64,000 bases of DNA from Eledone cirrhosa (Eukaryota): assembly GCA_964016885.1 (NCBI GenBank), contig OZ024753.1, positions 21,390,001 through 21,454,000 on the forward strand, in the 5' to 3' direction. Every line of letters begins with the position of its first letter. Within the stretch, counting starts at the first letter, position 1. Position numbers and translations under genes: made by a program. Positions 36,830 through 49,693 of this stretch are shown piece by piece. Below the pieces are notes generated by a model. The model had not been told where the DNA came from and made no database searches. It worked only from the letters and a program-made list of their open reading frames with translations.

Positions 36830-37138
36830 TTCTCTCCAGTGGTCTATGTCTCTCATTATCGCTGCTATGTCCTGCATCTCCAAGAGACCAGCGTCTGTCC
36901 TTAGGGCATCAACATATGTCAACTAAAAAGTTATCAGATGCTGAATTTGCCGATGACATAGTTCTGGTGACAAACATAGTGAAGGGGGTAGAGAAGTTGA
37001 TGCAGGAGATGGAGACTGTGTCGATGAGTGTGGGGCTGAGAATGAATGAGATTAAGACGAAGTATCTGGTAGAGAATATTAAGAAGCCAGAGAAATTACT
37101 AATGTAAGGGGGAAGCCGCTAGAATTGGTTGAGGATTA
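36830..37138 (+). mobile_element. RTE/RTEX-like RT fragment
   Basis: LSDAEFADDIVLV...VGLRMNEIKTKYL...LELVEDY. Confidence 0.65.
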
Positions 37139-37148
37139 TATATATATA

Positions 37149-38456
37149 CAGGGTGCGGACGATATTTGTTCGTAAGATTACTGTCTAGGAAAAAAAAACA
37201 CAGTAGTTTTATTTTTTAAGATATATTTATGAAACTTGGGTCAGTTTGTCTTCATGACTTTCTATCTCACTCGATAAACCCTCCATTGGCTTTGATGACG
37301 GCCTCAAGGCGGCCTCGGAACCGGCTACAGGCCTTCGTCACTGTCCCCCAACTTAGGCCCCTAAAGGCACTTGTGATCCTGGCCTTCAGATCGTCTTTCG
37401 TATTGCAGCTAGATCTGTTGGTGTCTCGTTCCACTGCGCCCCACACAAAGAAGTCGAGGGGGTTGCAGTCAGGTGAGCTGGGAGGCCAGATGTCAGGTGA
37501 AGTGTGGTCGCCGAAGTTCTCTGACAGCCAGACTTGGGTCTTTCGGCTGGTATGGCAGGGTGTTGAGTCTTGCTGCCACACGTACGGCCTACCTGCAGCT
37601 ACCTGGTCGATCCAGGGCTTTACTACCTCGCTCAAAATGCGGATGTAGCCATCGGTGTTCAGCTTGAGGCCCTCAGGGAAGAAGTGAGGTGGCATGACAT
37701 CACCTTGACTGCTGACGACACCTAAGACCAATGTTGTTGCTGGAAACTTTGTCTGCATGACTCTGGGAATGTCTTTGGATGAGACAGCGAGCCACCTGTT
37801 ATTCTGGGAGTTGATCTTTTGGTCTTGGCAGAAGTTTTTATCGTTGGAGAAAAACCACAGCATGTCTGGCTCCAGTGGGTGTTTCAACTTGTTGATCAGC
37901 TTCTTTGCGTGCTTCAGTCGCTTTTCTTGCATCGCCTTTGACAGAAATTGTCCTTTCCTTATATTGTATGAAACGTAGCGAATGTCTTCATGTACCACCA
38001 GCCTAATGAGCTTTTCATCCACGCCTTTCTCCCTTGCAATGGCATGCATCGACTTGCTAGGTTCATTGTTGATGATATCCTGAACTTCAGCGATGAACTC
38101 GGGCGTTCTGAAGGTGTCAGATTGTCGATCATGTGTTTTCCTCTCTGATGTTGCTTCGTAGTCGAATCAATCCTGAATCTTCCAATTCCTTTCTGACCTA
38201 TTCCACCATTCTCCTGATGATGCCGAGAAAGTCTGAAATTTCCTTATTTGTCCTCCCGGCGCGGAGGATTCCAAGAAGAACTCCGTGTCTCTTCCACAAA
38301 TTTGGAGGTTCAAAATTATTCATAATCAATTATTCTGAAAATAAATAATGGAAATATAGTCACTGTTTTTATGAAGACAAGAGTGACATTGGAAGTAAAA
38401 AAAATTTGCATAAAATTAACAGTTGAAAATTGCGAACAAATATCATCCACACCCTG
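37149..38456 (-). mobile_element. Tc1/mariner DNA transposon, DD37D (maT) type, 1.3 kb, both TIRs present
   Basis: TA-CAGGGTGCGGACGATATTTGTTCGTAA ... TTGCGAACAAATATCATCCACACCCTG-TA (about 27-bp TIRs, 3 mismatches), inserted in (TA)n. Confidence 0.93.
37267..38323 (-). pseudogene. DD37D transposase with stop and frameshift in the N-terminal part
   Basis: WFFSNDKNF, VWQQDSTPCH, WPPSSPDCNPLDFFVWG; 37 residues counted between the second and third Asp. Probable ATG at 38323. Confidence 0.88.
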
Positions 38457-38464
38457 TATATATA

Positions 38465-40217
38465 ATGAATGGGACAGAGAGAAATTACCCCCAGTTGACC
38501 CAACAGAGGGACCAGCTATTGAGATTGATGATTATAGGGTACAAGAGACAATTAAAGAAATGAAGAATAGTAAGGCTGCTGGACTGTCGGGGATAGTTGC
38601 TGAGATGCTGAAGGCATCAGAAGTAGGAACTAAACTGGTTGCACACATCATCAATCAAGTGATATATGGTGGTGTCATACCCAAAGTCTGGTGCAGCAGT
38701 ATTCTCATAAATTGCTACAAAGGTAAAGGGGATGCTCTAGAGAGGAGCAATTATAGGGGCATAAAGCTGATGGATCAGGTTATGAAAGTGGCAGAGAGAA
38801 TATTAGCACAACTCATTAGAGAAAGGGTCAAATTAGATGAGATGCAGTTTGGTTTTGTGCCTCGGAAAAGTACAACGGATGCTCTCTTCTTGGTGAGAGG
38901 TTCTTAGAGAAGAATAAGCCACTATACTTAGCCTTTATGGACCTAGAGAAGGCCTTTGATAAGGTACCCCGATCTGTCATCTAGTGGTCCCTAAGGAAAT
39001 TAGGTGTAGAGGAATGGCTTGTGAGGTCAGTGCAAACTTTGTACAGAGGTGCTGTCAGTAAAGTCAGGGTAGGAATGGAGTTTAGTGAGGAATTCCAGAT
39101 ACAAGTAGGAGTACATCAAGGTTCGGTCCTCAGCTCGCTCTTGTTCATTATAGTCCTCCAAGCCATAACAGAAATTTAAGATTGGCTGTCCATGGGAACT
39201 TCTCTATGCTGACGATCTGGTTCTTATAGCAGAATCAGTAAAGGAGCTAGAGAATAAATTCTGGCTATGGAAACAGCAGTTGGAATCAAGAGCTTTGAGA
39301 GTGAACCTAGCTAAGACTAAAGTGTTGATAAGTAGAAGAGAGGACTATACTCTGATTCCATGAGGGAAATGGCCATGTTCGATATGTAAGAAAGGAACTG
39401 GCATAAATTCCATAAAATCTACGGAATGCAGATCCTGGGTACACAGGAGATGTAGTGGGATAGCAGGCAAACTAACAGGTAGGGAAAACTACGTATGCAG
39501 TAGATGTACAGGGAAAGTTGGCATTAGTAATCGCAGTGATAGACACATTTTTCCAATGCAGGTGGGTTCTATAGAAGTGGTTGATAGCTTCCAGTACCTA
39601 GGAGATCAGATTAGCATGGGAGGGGGGGGGGGTCCGAGGGGGGGGGGGTGTTCCGTAGTATCTAGAATAAGGATGGGTTGGAAGAAGTTTAGGGAGCTGC
39701 TTCCTCTGTTGACAAAGAAGGGTTTCTCCCTGCATACGAAAGGACGGTTATATGATGCCTGTGTGAGATGCGTGATGCTGCATGGTAGTGAGACATGGGC
39801 GGCAAATGCAGAGGATATGCGACGGCTGGAGAGAAATGAAGCAAGTATGCTCCGTTCAATGTGCAATGTCAATGTGCGTGAATGACCAAGCATAGACGAT
39901 TTGAGAGAGAAACTGGGTATAAGAGGGATAAGCTGTGGTGTGCAGGAGAGAAGGCTGAGATGTTATGGACATGTGATGGGCATGGAGGATGACCGCTGGG
40001 TGAAGAAGTGCCAAGAAATCCCAGTAGAAGGAAGATGCAGAAGAGGTAGACCACGTAAAACATGGGCGGAGGTGGTGAGAGCTGACCTCAGATCGGTGAA
40101 GCTCATGGTGGAGATGACGAAGGACCATGACAAGTGGAGAGATGCTGCGCTGAATAGGACCCGTCTCACCCTTGCAAGCAGGGAAAAGCAGACGTATGAT
40201 GATGATGATGATGATGA
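38465..40217 (+). mobile_element. RTE-clade LINE (family B), RT to 3' end, disrupted
   Basis: SNYRGIKLMDQVMK...MQFGFVPRKSTTDA; DLEKAFDKVPR; GVHQGSVLS; LYADDL; PHD-like Cys cluster; MLHGSETW; ends CCCTTGCAAGCAGGGAAAAGCAGACGTA-(TGA)n. Confidence 0.92.
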
Positions 40218-41474
40218 CGTGTGTGTATTTGTATGTATGTGTGTGTATTTATATGTATATGTATATGTGTATGTGTATTTATATGTCTATGTATATGTGT
40301 GTGTATTTATATGTGTATGTGTGTATGTGTATGTATATGTGTGTATTTATATGTATATGTGTGTATGTACATGTGTGTGTGTATTTGTATGCACATGTAC
40401 AATTTCTACATGTGGGAGGGTGTGTGAGTGCGTAGGTATTTTATACAAGTGTGTGTGATCACTTATGTTTCTTTGTTTTTTGTTTATTTTCTTGTCATGC
40501 TCAGGATACTTGTATCTGCTGGATTCTAGGCCCGTGATTGGTCATTTTATTGCCTGATTTGTGTCAGTCTAGTTCGTCTTCAGAACTGATGTGATTTCTG
40601 TTGTGTTAACACTGGTCTGAGGATCAGGCAGACTTGGAGTCTGGTCTGGGGTGACCCCAGACTACGAGCCAGCTGCCGGGGGAACATTTTTTTACTGGGT
40701 TAAGCAATAAATCTCATGTATATATATATATATATATATATCATCATCATCATCATCATTTTACGTCCGCTTTTCCCTGCTTGCAAGGGTGGGACGGGTC
40801 TTATATATATATATATTTATTTATTTATTCTTTGTATGAAATATTGATTGTTTTTCCGGTATCTTGTCTCTGTTTTTAGCCTGAGGAAATACCTATATGC
40901 ATGTATAAATAATACATGCATATATTTATTTTTTTCATATCCAATTGAGTTCTTCACGCATGGTTAAAATTCTTGACAGAATTAATTGACCTGCGTGCAT
41001 ATTATTTTATCCTTTTATGTTTTGCGATGACCTCCCCTTCCCGCTTGGTGACGGTGTGAGATTTCTCTTTGTGAGACTGCTGGAATTTCAAATTAGGCGG
41101 TCACTCTAACACTGAATGTTAATATCGGCAGGGTTTTTTTTATATCGATATTGTTGGGCATCCACTGATGATTTATAAGTGCCCACCTGCATATATTCCT
41201 ATAGACTATGTGTAGGCTTCTACATAACCTGGACATTATTTTCCCAACTTGTAGAAAGCTTATAATGAAACGATCGTTTGGCAGGAGGGATGTATTTAAT
41301 TATATCACATATAAAATAATACAACTGGTTATCCGCAAAATACGTATAGTTAGCACCCCAAACATATAATTGGGATTATACTAAGGTATATCCTAATGTT
41401 TGTTGAGTAAGACGGAAGTCGGTTGGAGTATTTCTTAAAGCTTTCTCTGTTAGTATATTATATATATATATATA

Positions 41475-42125
41475 GAAGACTTACGTAGATTAGAGAGAAA
41501 CGAGGCCTGCATGCTTCGATGGATGTGTAACAGTAATATACGCGAACGACAAAGCATAAATGAATTGAGAGAGAGACTGAGCATAAGAGGAATCAAATGC
41601 TGTGTGCAGGAGAGGCGGTTACGCTGGTATGGACATGTGATGCGTATGAAGGGTGACAGCTGCATAAAAAGGTGCAGAGCACTAGAAGTCGATGGAAACC
41701 GCAGAGTGGGGAGACCCAAGATGACCTGGGATGAGGTGATAAAAGCCGACCTTACCCAATTCCACCTCTCAAAGGCGATGACACACGACCGTGACCTCTG
41801 GCGTCACGCAGTAATACAGAGTACCCGACCACTCATGGGTACAAGCTGAAGCATATAGACAATATGCCCCCACACACCCCACTGCAAGGTGGTCGTGGAG
41901 GTGCCACGGCAAAAAAGCACCCAGCCCACACTGTAAAGTGGACGTGTAGGCGCCACGAAAAAGCACCCAGCACTCACTGTAAATGAGGTTGGTGTTAAGA
42001 AGGGCATCCAGCTGTAGAAATCAAGGCATGGTCAGCCGACCAGACACTGCCCACAACAAGACAACCCGTCTAACCCATGCTAGCATGGAAGAACGGACGT
42101 AAAACGGTGATGATGATGATGATGA
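41475..42125 (+). mobile_element. RTE LINE 3' end (family A)
   Basis: EDLRRLERNEACMLRWMC...WYGHVMRM...; 3' UTR; (GAT)n. Confidence 0.9.
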
Positions 42126-42364
42126 TATATATATATATATATGTATATATATGTATATATATATATATATATATAAATGGAAAAGAATGAAACGAAATTT
42201 CATTTCTCACTCTTAGTACGGCTACACATACATATATATATATTTATTAAAATAACAGATTAAAGTTTAAGCCAAGAATCGCTGCTTTCACCCTTAATGG
42301 GATTTTTATCGTTATCGAGCCATCTTTGGATTTTAATCTTCACATTTATTATTATTACTATATA

Positions 42365-43105
42365 TCATCATCATCATCACCATCATTTTACGTCCACTTT
42401 TTCCTGCTTGCAAGGGTTGGACGGGTCCTATTCAGCACACCATCTCTCCACTTGTCACGGTCCTTCGTCATCTCCTCGGTGAGTTTCACCGATCTGAGGT
42501 CTGCTCTCAGCACTTCCACCCAAGTTTTACATGGTCTGCCTCTTCTGCATCTTCCTTCTACTGACACTTCTTCACCCATCGGTCATCCTCCATGCGCATC
42601 ACATGTCCATACCATTTCAGCCTTCTCTCCTGCACCACAACTTATCCCTCTTATACCCAGTTTCTCTCTCAACTCATCCATGCTTGGTTGTTCACGCACA
42701 TTGACATTGCACATCCAACGGAGCATACTTGCTTCATTTCTCTCCAGCTGTCGCATATCCTCTGCAGTTGCTGCCCATGTCTCACTACCATGCAGCATCA
42801 CGCTCCTCACACAGGCATCATATAACCGTCCTTTCATACGCAGGGAAAAACCCTTCTTTGTCAACAAAGGAAGAAGTTCCTTAAACATCTTCCAACCCGT
42901 CTTTATTCTAGATACTATGGCATTGGAACACTCTCCCCCCCCCTCCCATGCTAATCTGATCTCCTAGGTATTGGAAGCTATCAACCACTTCTAAAGAACC
43001 CACCTGCATTTGAAAAATGAGTCTATCACACCGATTACTACTGTCGACTTTCCCTGTACATCTACTGCATACGTATTTCTCCCTACCTGTTAGTTTGCCT
43101 GCAAT
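42365..43105 (-). mobile_element. RTE LINE 3' part (family B)
   Basis: ELLPLLTKKGFSLRMKGRLYDACVRSVMLHGSETW; GRPCKTW; same 3' end as 40160-40217. Confidence 0.9.
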
Positions 43106-43302
43106 GTAACGCATGTGCAAACTAAGCACACAACACACAAAACAAGATGGTGTAGGACAGAACACAGGAGAGACACACAAAATAAAAACCTGGTCACTGA
43201 GGAGGTCACAGAATGTGTGATGAAAGAGCTGTGACAATATATAAACAACCTTCTGGTTATCGAACCAACCAACCAACCAACCAACCGGAAATTTATAATA
43301 AA

Positions 43303-43965
43303 CTAGCTGAGGTACCCGGCTTCACCTGGGAGAACAGTTAAGAGAAAACAACTGTATTGGATATGTTGTCTAGTATGAGGTGAGACCGTAATGTGTGTGA
43401 GTGTGTGAATGTGTGTGAGAGAGACATAAAAAAAACAATCATAAAACTTCCTTATTAGGCTGGGGGAGTAAACTGCTAATTAAATGGTAGCATTGGCTTT
43501 GGATTTTAACTGTTGTGAAATAACCATAGTCAGTATGATCTTTTTCAGCTCCAAAAGACCTCATCTGAAACACAGCAATATACCACATAACATTGCTTCT
43601 AAAGTGTTGCTTCGTTAGTACGGACTGTAAGTAGTATATGGATAAAAGCTGGAGGGTAGATTAGTTTCAAATAGTATCAGTTTTTCTTTGTTCTGTAAAA
43701 TCAAAGACTGTAAAACTACTTTATAAAAGCTAACACAATATTGTTAAACCTTCTTATAGTTCAAAGGATCTATAGTCTAAGTTGTTTCTAGACTGTCGTG
43801 GGACATCACTCTCTCTCTCTGAATATCTAGTACTTTAATTGCATCTCTCTCTTTCTACCTCTCCCTCTGTGTCACTCTCTCTTTTAGATGTGTGTGTGTA
43901 TGTGTGTAGTTTTCGTGTGATTCAACCAATCAACCAACCAATAAACACCTTTCTTTTATATTATA
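43303..43965 (-). mobile_element. Non-autonomous Helitron-like element
   Basis: Minus-strand 3' end CCCAGGTGAAGCCGGGTACCTCAG-CTAG-T (hairpin plus CTAG); 5' end TATAATATAAAAG with (GGTT)n. Internal segment shared with 46760-46885. Confidence 0.7.
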
Positions 43966-44215
43966 CTAGCAGATGTACCCGGCGTTGCTCGGGAAATGAA
44001 TGACAGCCTGAATTGTTCAAGATCGTTTATGGCTTGGCGAGCAATTTCTGAGTGCATATCAGCTTATGTCAGCTAATTGGCTAGCCAATGAGAGGTCGCC
44101 TCAATAGCACGGGCCAAATCGGCCTAGTACTTCAAAAGTTAAAAGGAGCCTAGTATTTGTACACAGACAGACAGACACACACACACACAGACCGACTTGC
44201 TTTTATATATGTAGA
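43966..44215 (-). mobile_element. Short non-autonomous Helitron
   Basis: Minus strand: 5' TCTACATATATAAAAG...(TG/TCTG)n... 3' CCCGAGCAACGCCGGGTACATCTG-CTAG-T. Confidence 0.8.
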
Positions 44216-44502
44216 TATAGATAGAAGTGAAAACCAACAGGTGTGTGTGTGTTTTTATTGGCAGCATGGCCCTCCCAAAGTATAACAATATCTGTTTCAA
44301 CACACGTTTTCAGATAAGAAATCTCTAACGAAATTATATATATAGATGAACAAGCAAATAGATTACTATAAAGGCAGCAAAACACTGAGACAAACTAACT
44401 TATAACAACTGTTGTTTCCTACTAGTTGAGAAATACTAATAATGAAAATTAAGAGAAACTTTCATCTCTTCATAGGTAGATATATAGCCATGTTTTTGAT
44501 GA

Positions 44503-44652
44503 TATCACATATTTTGATCTTCCTTGTAAGGTTGTGTTACTAAAGTAATATTGTTATCAATACTAACTATATTTATAATATCACATATTTTGATCTTCCC
44601 TGTAAGCTTGTGTTACTAAAGTAAGATTGTTATCAATACTAACTATATTTTA
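44503..44652. repeat. Tandem duplication of ~75 bp
   Basis: TATCACATATTTTGATCTTCC...CAATACTAACTATATTT occurs twice. Confidence 0.85.
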
Positions 44653-44867
44653 CTTAAAACAATTTTGTTTTTGCTGTATCATATTATACTTGAATCTACT
44701 AATCCAAGATTCTAGAAATTGTTTTAAAGTACTATCTCTGACAGATTTATCTTAGTTGTTTGGATTATTAATTCACCAATAGCAATATCTTCTTATCAAC
44801 ACCATTCCCTTCTCTGTTATTTACTGTTGGTCTTCTTTCTTTTCTTTGCTAACTACTACATAAATAT

Positions 44868-44917
<50 letters not shown>

Positions 44918-45166
44918 ATATATATAAAAGTTTTGTGAAATAGTCTTTTTAAGACTATATAGAACATTTGTAGTTTTTCCAAATTGAAGGATGAGTATTT
45001 AAACTTTATTTTATTCTATTGGTTTTTTCCCTGGATTTCACAAAATCTGTGGATAAAATCTCTGTCTTGATTTTTTTGAATTGAGTTTGAATTATTTTCC
45101 CATATCTTACGTTAATTATTTTCCATTTTGACGTTATAGTCACATTAATTTCTTATATTTTCATTT

Positions 45167-45198
<32 letters not shown>

Positions 45199-45476
45199 CA
45201 TATATATACACACACATATATATATATACACACATATATATATATACACATATATATATATATACACATATATATATATACACATATATATACGCACACA
45301 CACATATATATATACACACACATACACACACACACATATATATACATATATACACACACATCATCATCATCATTTTACGTCCATTCTTCCACATTAGCAT
45401 GGGTTATCTCTCTCTCTCTCTCAAGCTCTCTCTCTCTCTCTCTTGCTCTCTCTCTCTCTTTCTATTTATATCATTT

Positions 45477-45803
45477 CATTTCACGTCCGCTTTTTCCCTG
45501 CTTGCAAGGGTGGGACGGGAACTGATTCTGGCTTGATTTCTACAGCTGGATGCCCTTCCTAACACCAACCTCATTTACAGTGAGTGCTGGGTGCTTTTTT
45601 GCCGTGGCACCTCCACGACCACTTTGCATTGGAATGATAGGGACCCCCAGTCCCTATCATCTCATTTCTACAGCTGAGTAAACTGGAGCAATGTGAAATA
45701 AAGTGTCTTGCTCAAGGAAACAACACATGACCCGGTCTGAGAATTGAACTCACAACCTTTCGATTGCAAGACCAATGCTCTAACCACTAAGCCATATGCC
45801 TCC
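45477..45803 (-). mobile_element. CORE-type tRNA SINE (family S2) with RTE-derived tail
   Basis: Reverse complement of the element at 53911-54252. Confidence 0.88.
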
Positions 45804-45805
45804 AC

Positions 45806-45836
<31 letters not shown>

Positions 45837-46085
45837 ATATGTATGTATATATTATATATATGTAATGTGGCCGAGTAGGTAACACGGTAAAAAGTTCCCA
45901 GTCCACACTGTAAATGTGGTTGGTATTAAGAAGGGCACACAGCCGTAGAAAACCTGCCAGATGGTTCTATACAGGCGAGACACGGTCATCCGACCAATCT
46001 TGCCTCAAGTGGGACAACTCCCGTCTAACCCATGCTAGCGTGGAAGATAGACATTAAACGATGATGATGATATACATATACATAT

Positions 46086-46440
46086 ATATATATATATATA
46101 TATGTAAAAGGTAAACAGAAATAATAATCGGTACAGTATATAGAAGGTATATATTAGGTTAATGCTTGATATAGCAGGAAGGGGGTCTTAACGTTTCAGA
46201 CGCTAGTCCTTCATCAAAAGAAAGAGTGAAAAATAAAATAGATTGAAGGGACAGGCAGGGAGGAATTCGAAAAAAATGTCTTTAGATAAAAATAACAGGT
46301 CCATTCATGTTGACATCTCTTGCAAAACTGTTGGTGCTGGCGTTTTGTGTATGATTTGTTTTTTAGAAAAGTGGATGGTGGAACGCGTTTACCTGAAATG
46401 GGAAAAAAAACGTTTTGTAAAAAGAGCTATACTTGAACAT
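46086..46440 (-). mobile_element. Penelope-like terminal remnant with minimal hammerhead (family E)
   Basis: Minus strand TCTT-TTGATGA-A-GGAC tagc GTCT-GAAACGTT-AAGA at 46186-46221, followed by a pyrimidine-rich tail into (TA)n. Confidence 0.55.
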
Positions 46441-46627
46441 GTGCGTAAGCATGAGTTTGTGTGTGTGTGTTATTATATGTCCGTACGAAGCTAAGAAGAA
46501 CTGTGTGTGTATATGTGAGTAAAAGAGTGTGTGTGTGTGCATATATACATACATATAGGAAAATGCTTAACCCCGACGACAGAGCTCAACCCGTTTCGAC
46601 GGATATTTCTGGACTCATATTCGGTAT

Positions 46628-46658
<31 letters not shown>

Positions 46659-47353
46659 CTAGCTGGCCCGTTCGGCTGGCGCCCGGCTAGGTATACCTGC
46701 CCCCTACCACTCCACTGCAAAGATACCACACCCTCCCATGTCACATTGTCCTTCCGATTCTCTCTCTCTCTCTGAATAACTAACACTTTAATTGTATCTC
46801 TCTCTGTCTAACGGCCTATCTCTCTCTTTTCCCCTCCTCTGTTTTTCTGTCTCTCTCTGTAGATGTGTGTGTGTGTAGTTTTCTTAATCTTTCTCTAAAT
46901 CTCTCTCTCTATATATATATATATGTGTGTGTGTATGTTTGTGTGCATATATTGAAGGGAGATATGGAAACTAAAACAGCGTTGTCATATAGAGAGTGAA
47001 GAGCGACAGAGAGAATAAATCTGTTAAATTATAGAGACATACATACTATGTTGATATATTGAAGGTAGATACAGAAAGTGAAACAGTGTTGTCATATAGA
47101 GAGTGAATAGAGACAGAGAGTAAAGCAGTTAAATTATAGAGAGGGTGAAAGAGGGAGAGAGAGAGAGAGAAGATGCTTAGCTTTATAATATTTGAGAGTG
47201 AAGAGCAGCAGAGAGAGTAAAGCAGTTAAATTATAGAGACGGGGAATGATCTATTATAGAGAGAGGGAAGAGCGACGGAGAGAGTAAAGCTAAGAAACTA
47301 TAGGGAGGTGTGTAGGATACAAACATAATACATACACACAAGACTCAGCTTTA

Positions 47354-47360
<7 letters not shown>
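46659..47360 (-). mobile_element. Non-autonomous Helitron-like element with GA-rich internal repeats
   Basis: 3' hairpin GCCGGGCGCCAGCCGAACGGGCCAG-CTAG-T; 5' ATATTATAAAGCTGAG; homology to 43810-43915. Confidence 0.65.
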
Positions 47361-47396
<36 letters not shown>

Positions 47397-47756
47397 TATT
47401 CATTTGTAAAGATCTAGTTTGTTGTTAACTCCATAAAACAGAAACAATGTTATTTATCTGTCATCATTATTATCTGTAATTTGGTGTTGTATGTAGTGGG
47501 CTTGGCACAACAGACACCTTTTCCTCTATTAAACTTAATCACTTCTGCACTATTGTTGCAACTACTATCAGTTTTTTATGTTTTATCTTAAGCCTGCTCA
47601 CTTATGTTTGCAACATTTGCATTATGGCATTATTTTAGCAAATCAACTTTTACTATCATCTCACTTCTACTTCACTAACCTGATAAAGTTTTATTGTTGA
47701 ACCTACACAACTTCAGTGTAATCATTGTCTTCTGTGTTCGGTGTTATCGTACTTGG

Positions 47757-48905
47757 TACCACCACTTCCATCTGTACCACCATCACCACTGCCACCTGTA
47801 CCACCACCACAACCATCACCACCACCATCACTACCAGCACCACCACCACCACCAGCACCACCACCACCACCATCATCACCACCATCACCAGCACCACCAC
47901 CACCATCACCACCACCACCACCACCATCATCACCACCCCCACACCCACCACCTTCCCCCCACACCACCACCACCACCAGCACCACCATTACCACCATCAC
48001 CACCACCGCCACCACCACCACCACCTCCTCCACCATCACCGCCACCACCACCACCACCACCACCTCCACCACCATCACCACCACCACCACCACCATCACC
48101 ACCATCACTACCACCACCACCACCACCACCTCCACCACCACCACCACCATCACCACCATCACAACCACCATCACCACCATCATGACCACCTTCACCCACA
48201 CCACCATCACCACCATCACCACCACCATAACCACCATCACCACCACCATAACCATCACCACCACCATAACCATCACCACCATCACCACCACCACCACCAC
48301 CACCATCACACCACCATCACCACCACCTCCACCATCATCACCACCACCACCACCACTACCACCACCACCACCATCACCACCAGCACCACCATCACCATCA
48401 TCCTCAGCAGCAGCACCACCACCACCACCACTACCACCACAACCACCAGCACCACCATCACCACCAGCACCACCATCACCATCATCCTCAGCAGCAGCAC
48501 CACCACCACTACCACCACCACCACCAGCACCACCAGCACCACCATTACCATCATCCTCAGCAGCAGCACCACCACCATAACCACCACCACCACCACCACC
48601 ACCACCACCACCATCACCACCATCACCACCATCACCACCACCAACATCACCACCACCATCCTCAGCAGCAGCACCACCATCACCACCATAACCAGCATCA
48701 CCACCACCACCACCACCACCACCACTACCACCACCACCACCACCACCACCTCCACCACAACTACCACCACCATCACCACCACCACCACCATAACCATCAC
48801 CACCACCACCACCATCACCATCATCGACATCACCACCACCACCACCACCATCCTCCTCACCACCACCACCACCATCACCACCACCACCATTACCACTGCT
48901 ACCAT
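47757..48905. repeat. (CAC/CAT/CAG)n trinucleotide array, 1.15 kb
   Basis: Degenerate ACC repeat; explains the poly-His, -Thr, -Pro and -Val ORFs. Confidence 0.95.
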
Positions 48906-49188
48906 TTCATGTTTACCTTCTTCATGGACATGATTCCCCGACATCTCATGGCCCTCTTTCACCCAGCAATCTTTGTTTATATGCAGTACACAATTTGTGG
49001 GGGGGAGAAAGTCAATTGAATTTACGCCAGTGTGTTACTGGTACTCTATTTTATCCACTACATAAGGATGAAAGACAAAGCTAACTTAGGTGAAATTTTA
49101 AGTTTAGTTTGCATCCAGGCATCATACAGTCCATCCTTCACTCTGAGAGAAAAGCCCTTTATATATATATCTCTCTCTCTCTATATAT

Positions 49189-49640
49189 ATATACGATATT
49201 AATAAATGGAAACTATATTTATAAAACCATATTTATTTCATTATACATATTTCAGGGATATCAAATTAAATTATGGTATGCCTTCATCAGACAAAATACA
49301 ATATATAACAGTTTTACAAATAAGCTTTGACGTACCCTATTAAAATGCAACCATTGTTTTTGGAAGTCATCCGGATGACTTCCAAAAACAATGGTTGCAT
49401 TTTAATAGGGTACGTCAAAGCTTATTTGTAAAACTGTTATATATTGTATTTTGTCTGATGAAGGCATACCATAATTTAATTTGATATCCCTGAAATATGT
49501 ATAATGAAATAAATATGGTTTTATAAATATAGTTTCCATTTATTAATATCGTATATCTACTCCAAATACTTGTCGAGTGCTTTATATCAGTTATAAAAAT
49601 ATTTACTAGTTGTATCCCAACAATTTTAAATAGAACTTTT
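49189..49640. mobile_element. Perfect 368-bp palindrome plus tail: inverted Penelope-like terminal repeat (family A)
   Basis: Centre GTCATCC|GGATGAC at 49372/49373 with 184-bp arms (49189-49556). The ORF track gives the same peptide on both strands. Flanked by (TA)n. Confidence 0.85.
49447..49511 (+). ncRNA. Type-I hammerhead ribozyme (mirror copy on - strand at 49234-49298)
   Basis: Stem I TATTTTGT/ATGAAATA, core CTGATGA (49455-49461), stem II AGGCATACCA...TGATATCCCT, GAAA, minimal helix III T-ATGT-A, predicted AUA cleavage triplet. Confidence 0.7.
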
Positions 49641-49693
49641 GCATATATATATATATATATATATATTACGAAAAACAAGGAAGTTTTGTTTAC

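Noticed and set aside
38214-38245. CTGATGA...GAAA in the antisense of the transposase
   Set aside because: No stem II or stem I pairing; a chance match in coding sequence.
40600-40720. CTGAGGA followed by two small hairpins; similar weak motifs at 40880 and 62778
   Set aside because: No GAAA at the required position. Possibly decayed Penelope termini but not supportable.
47694-48962. Long His/Thr/Pro/Val-rich ORFs (also 58996-60081)
   Set aside because: Open in several frames on both strands because they are (ACC)n arrays; no splice or domain evidence for a mucin or His-rich gene.
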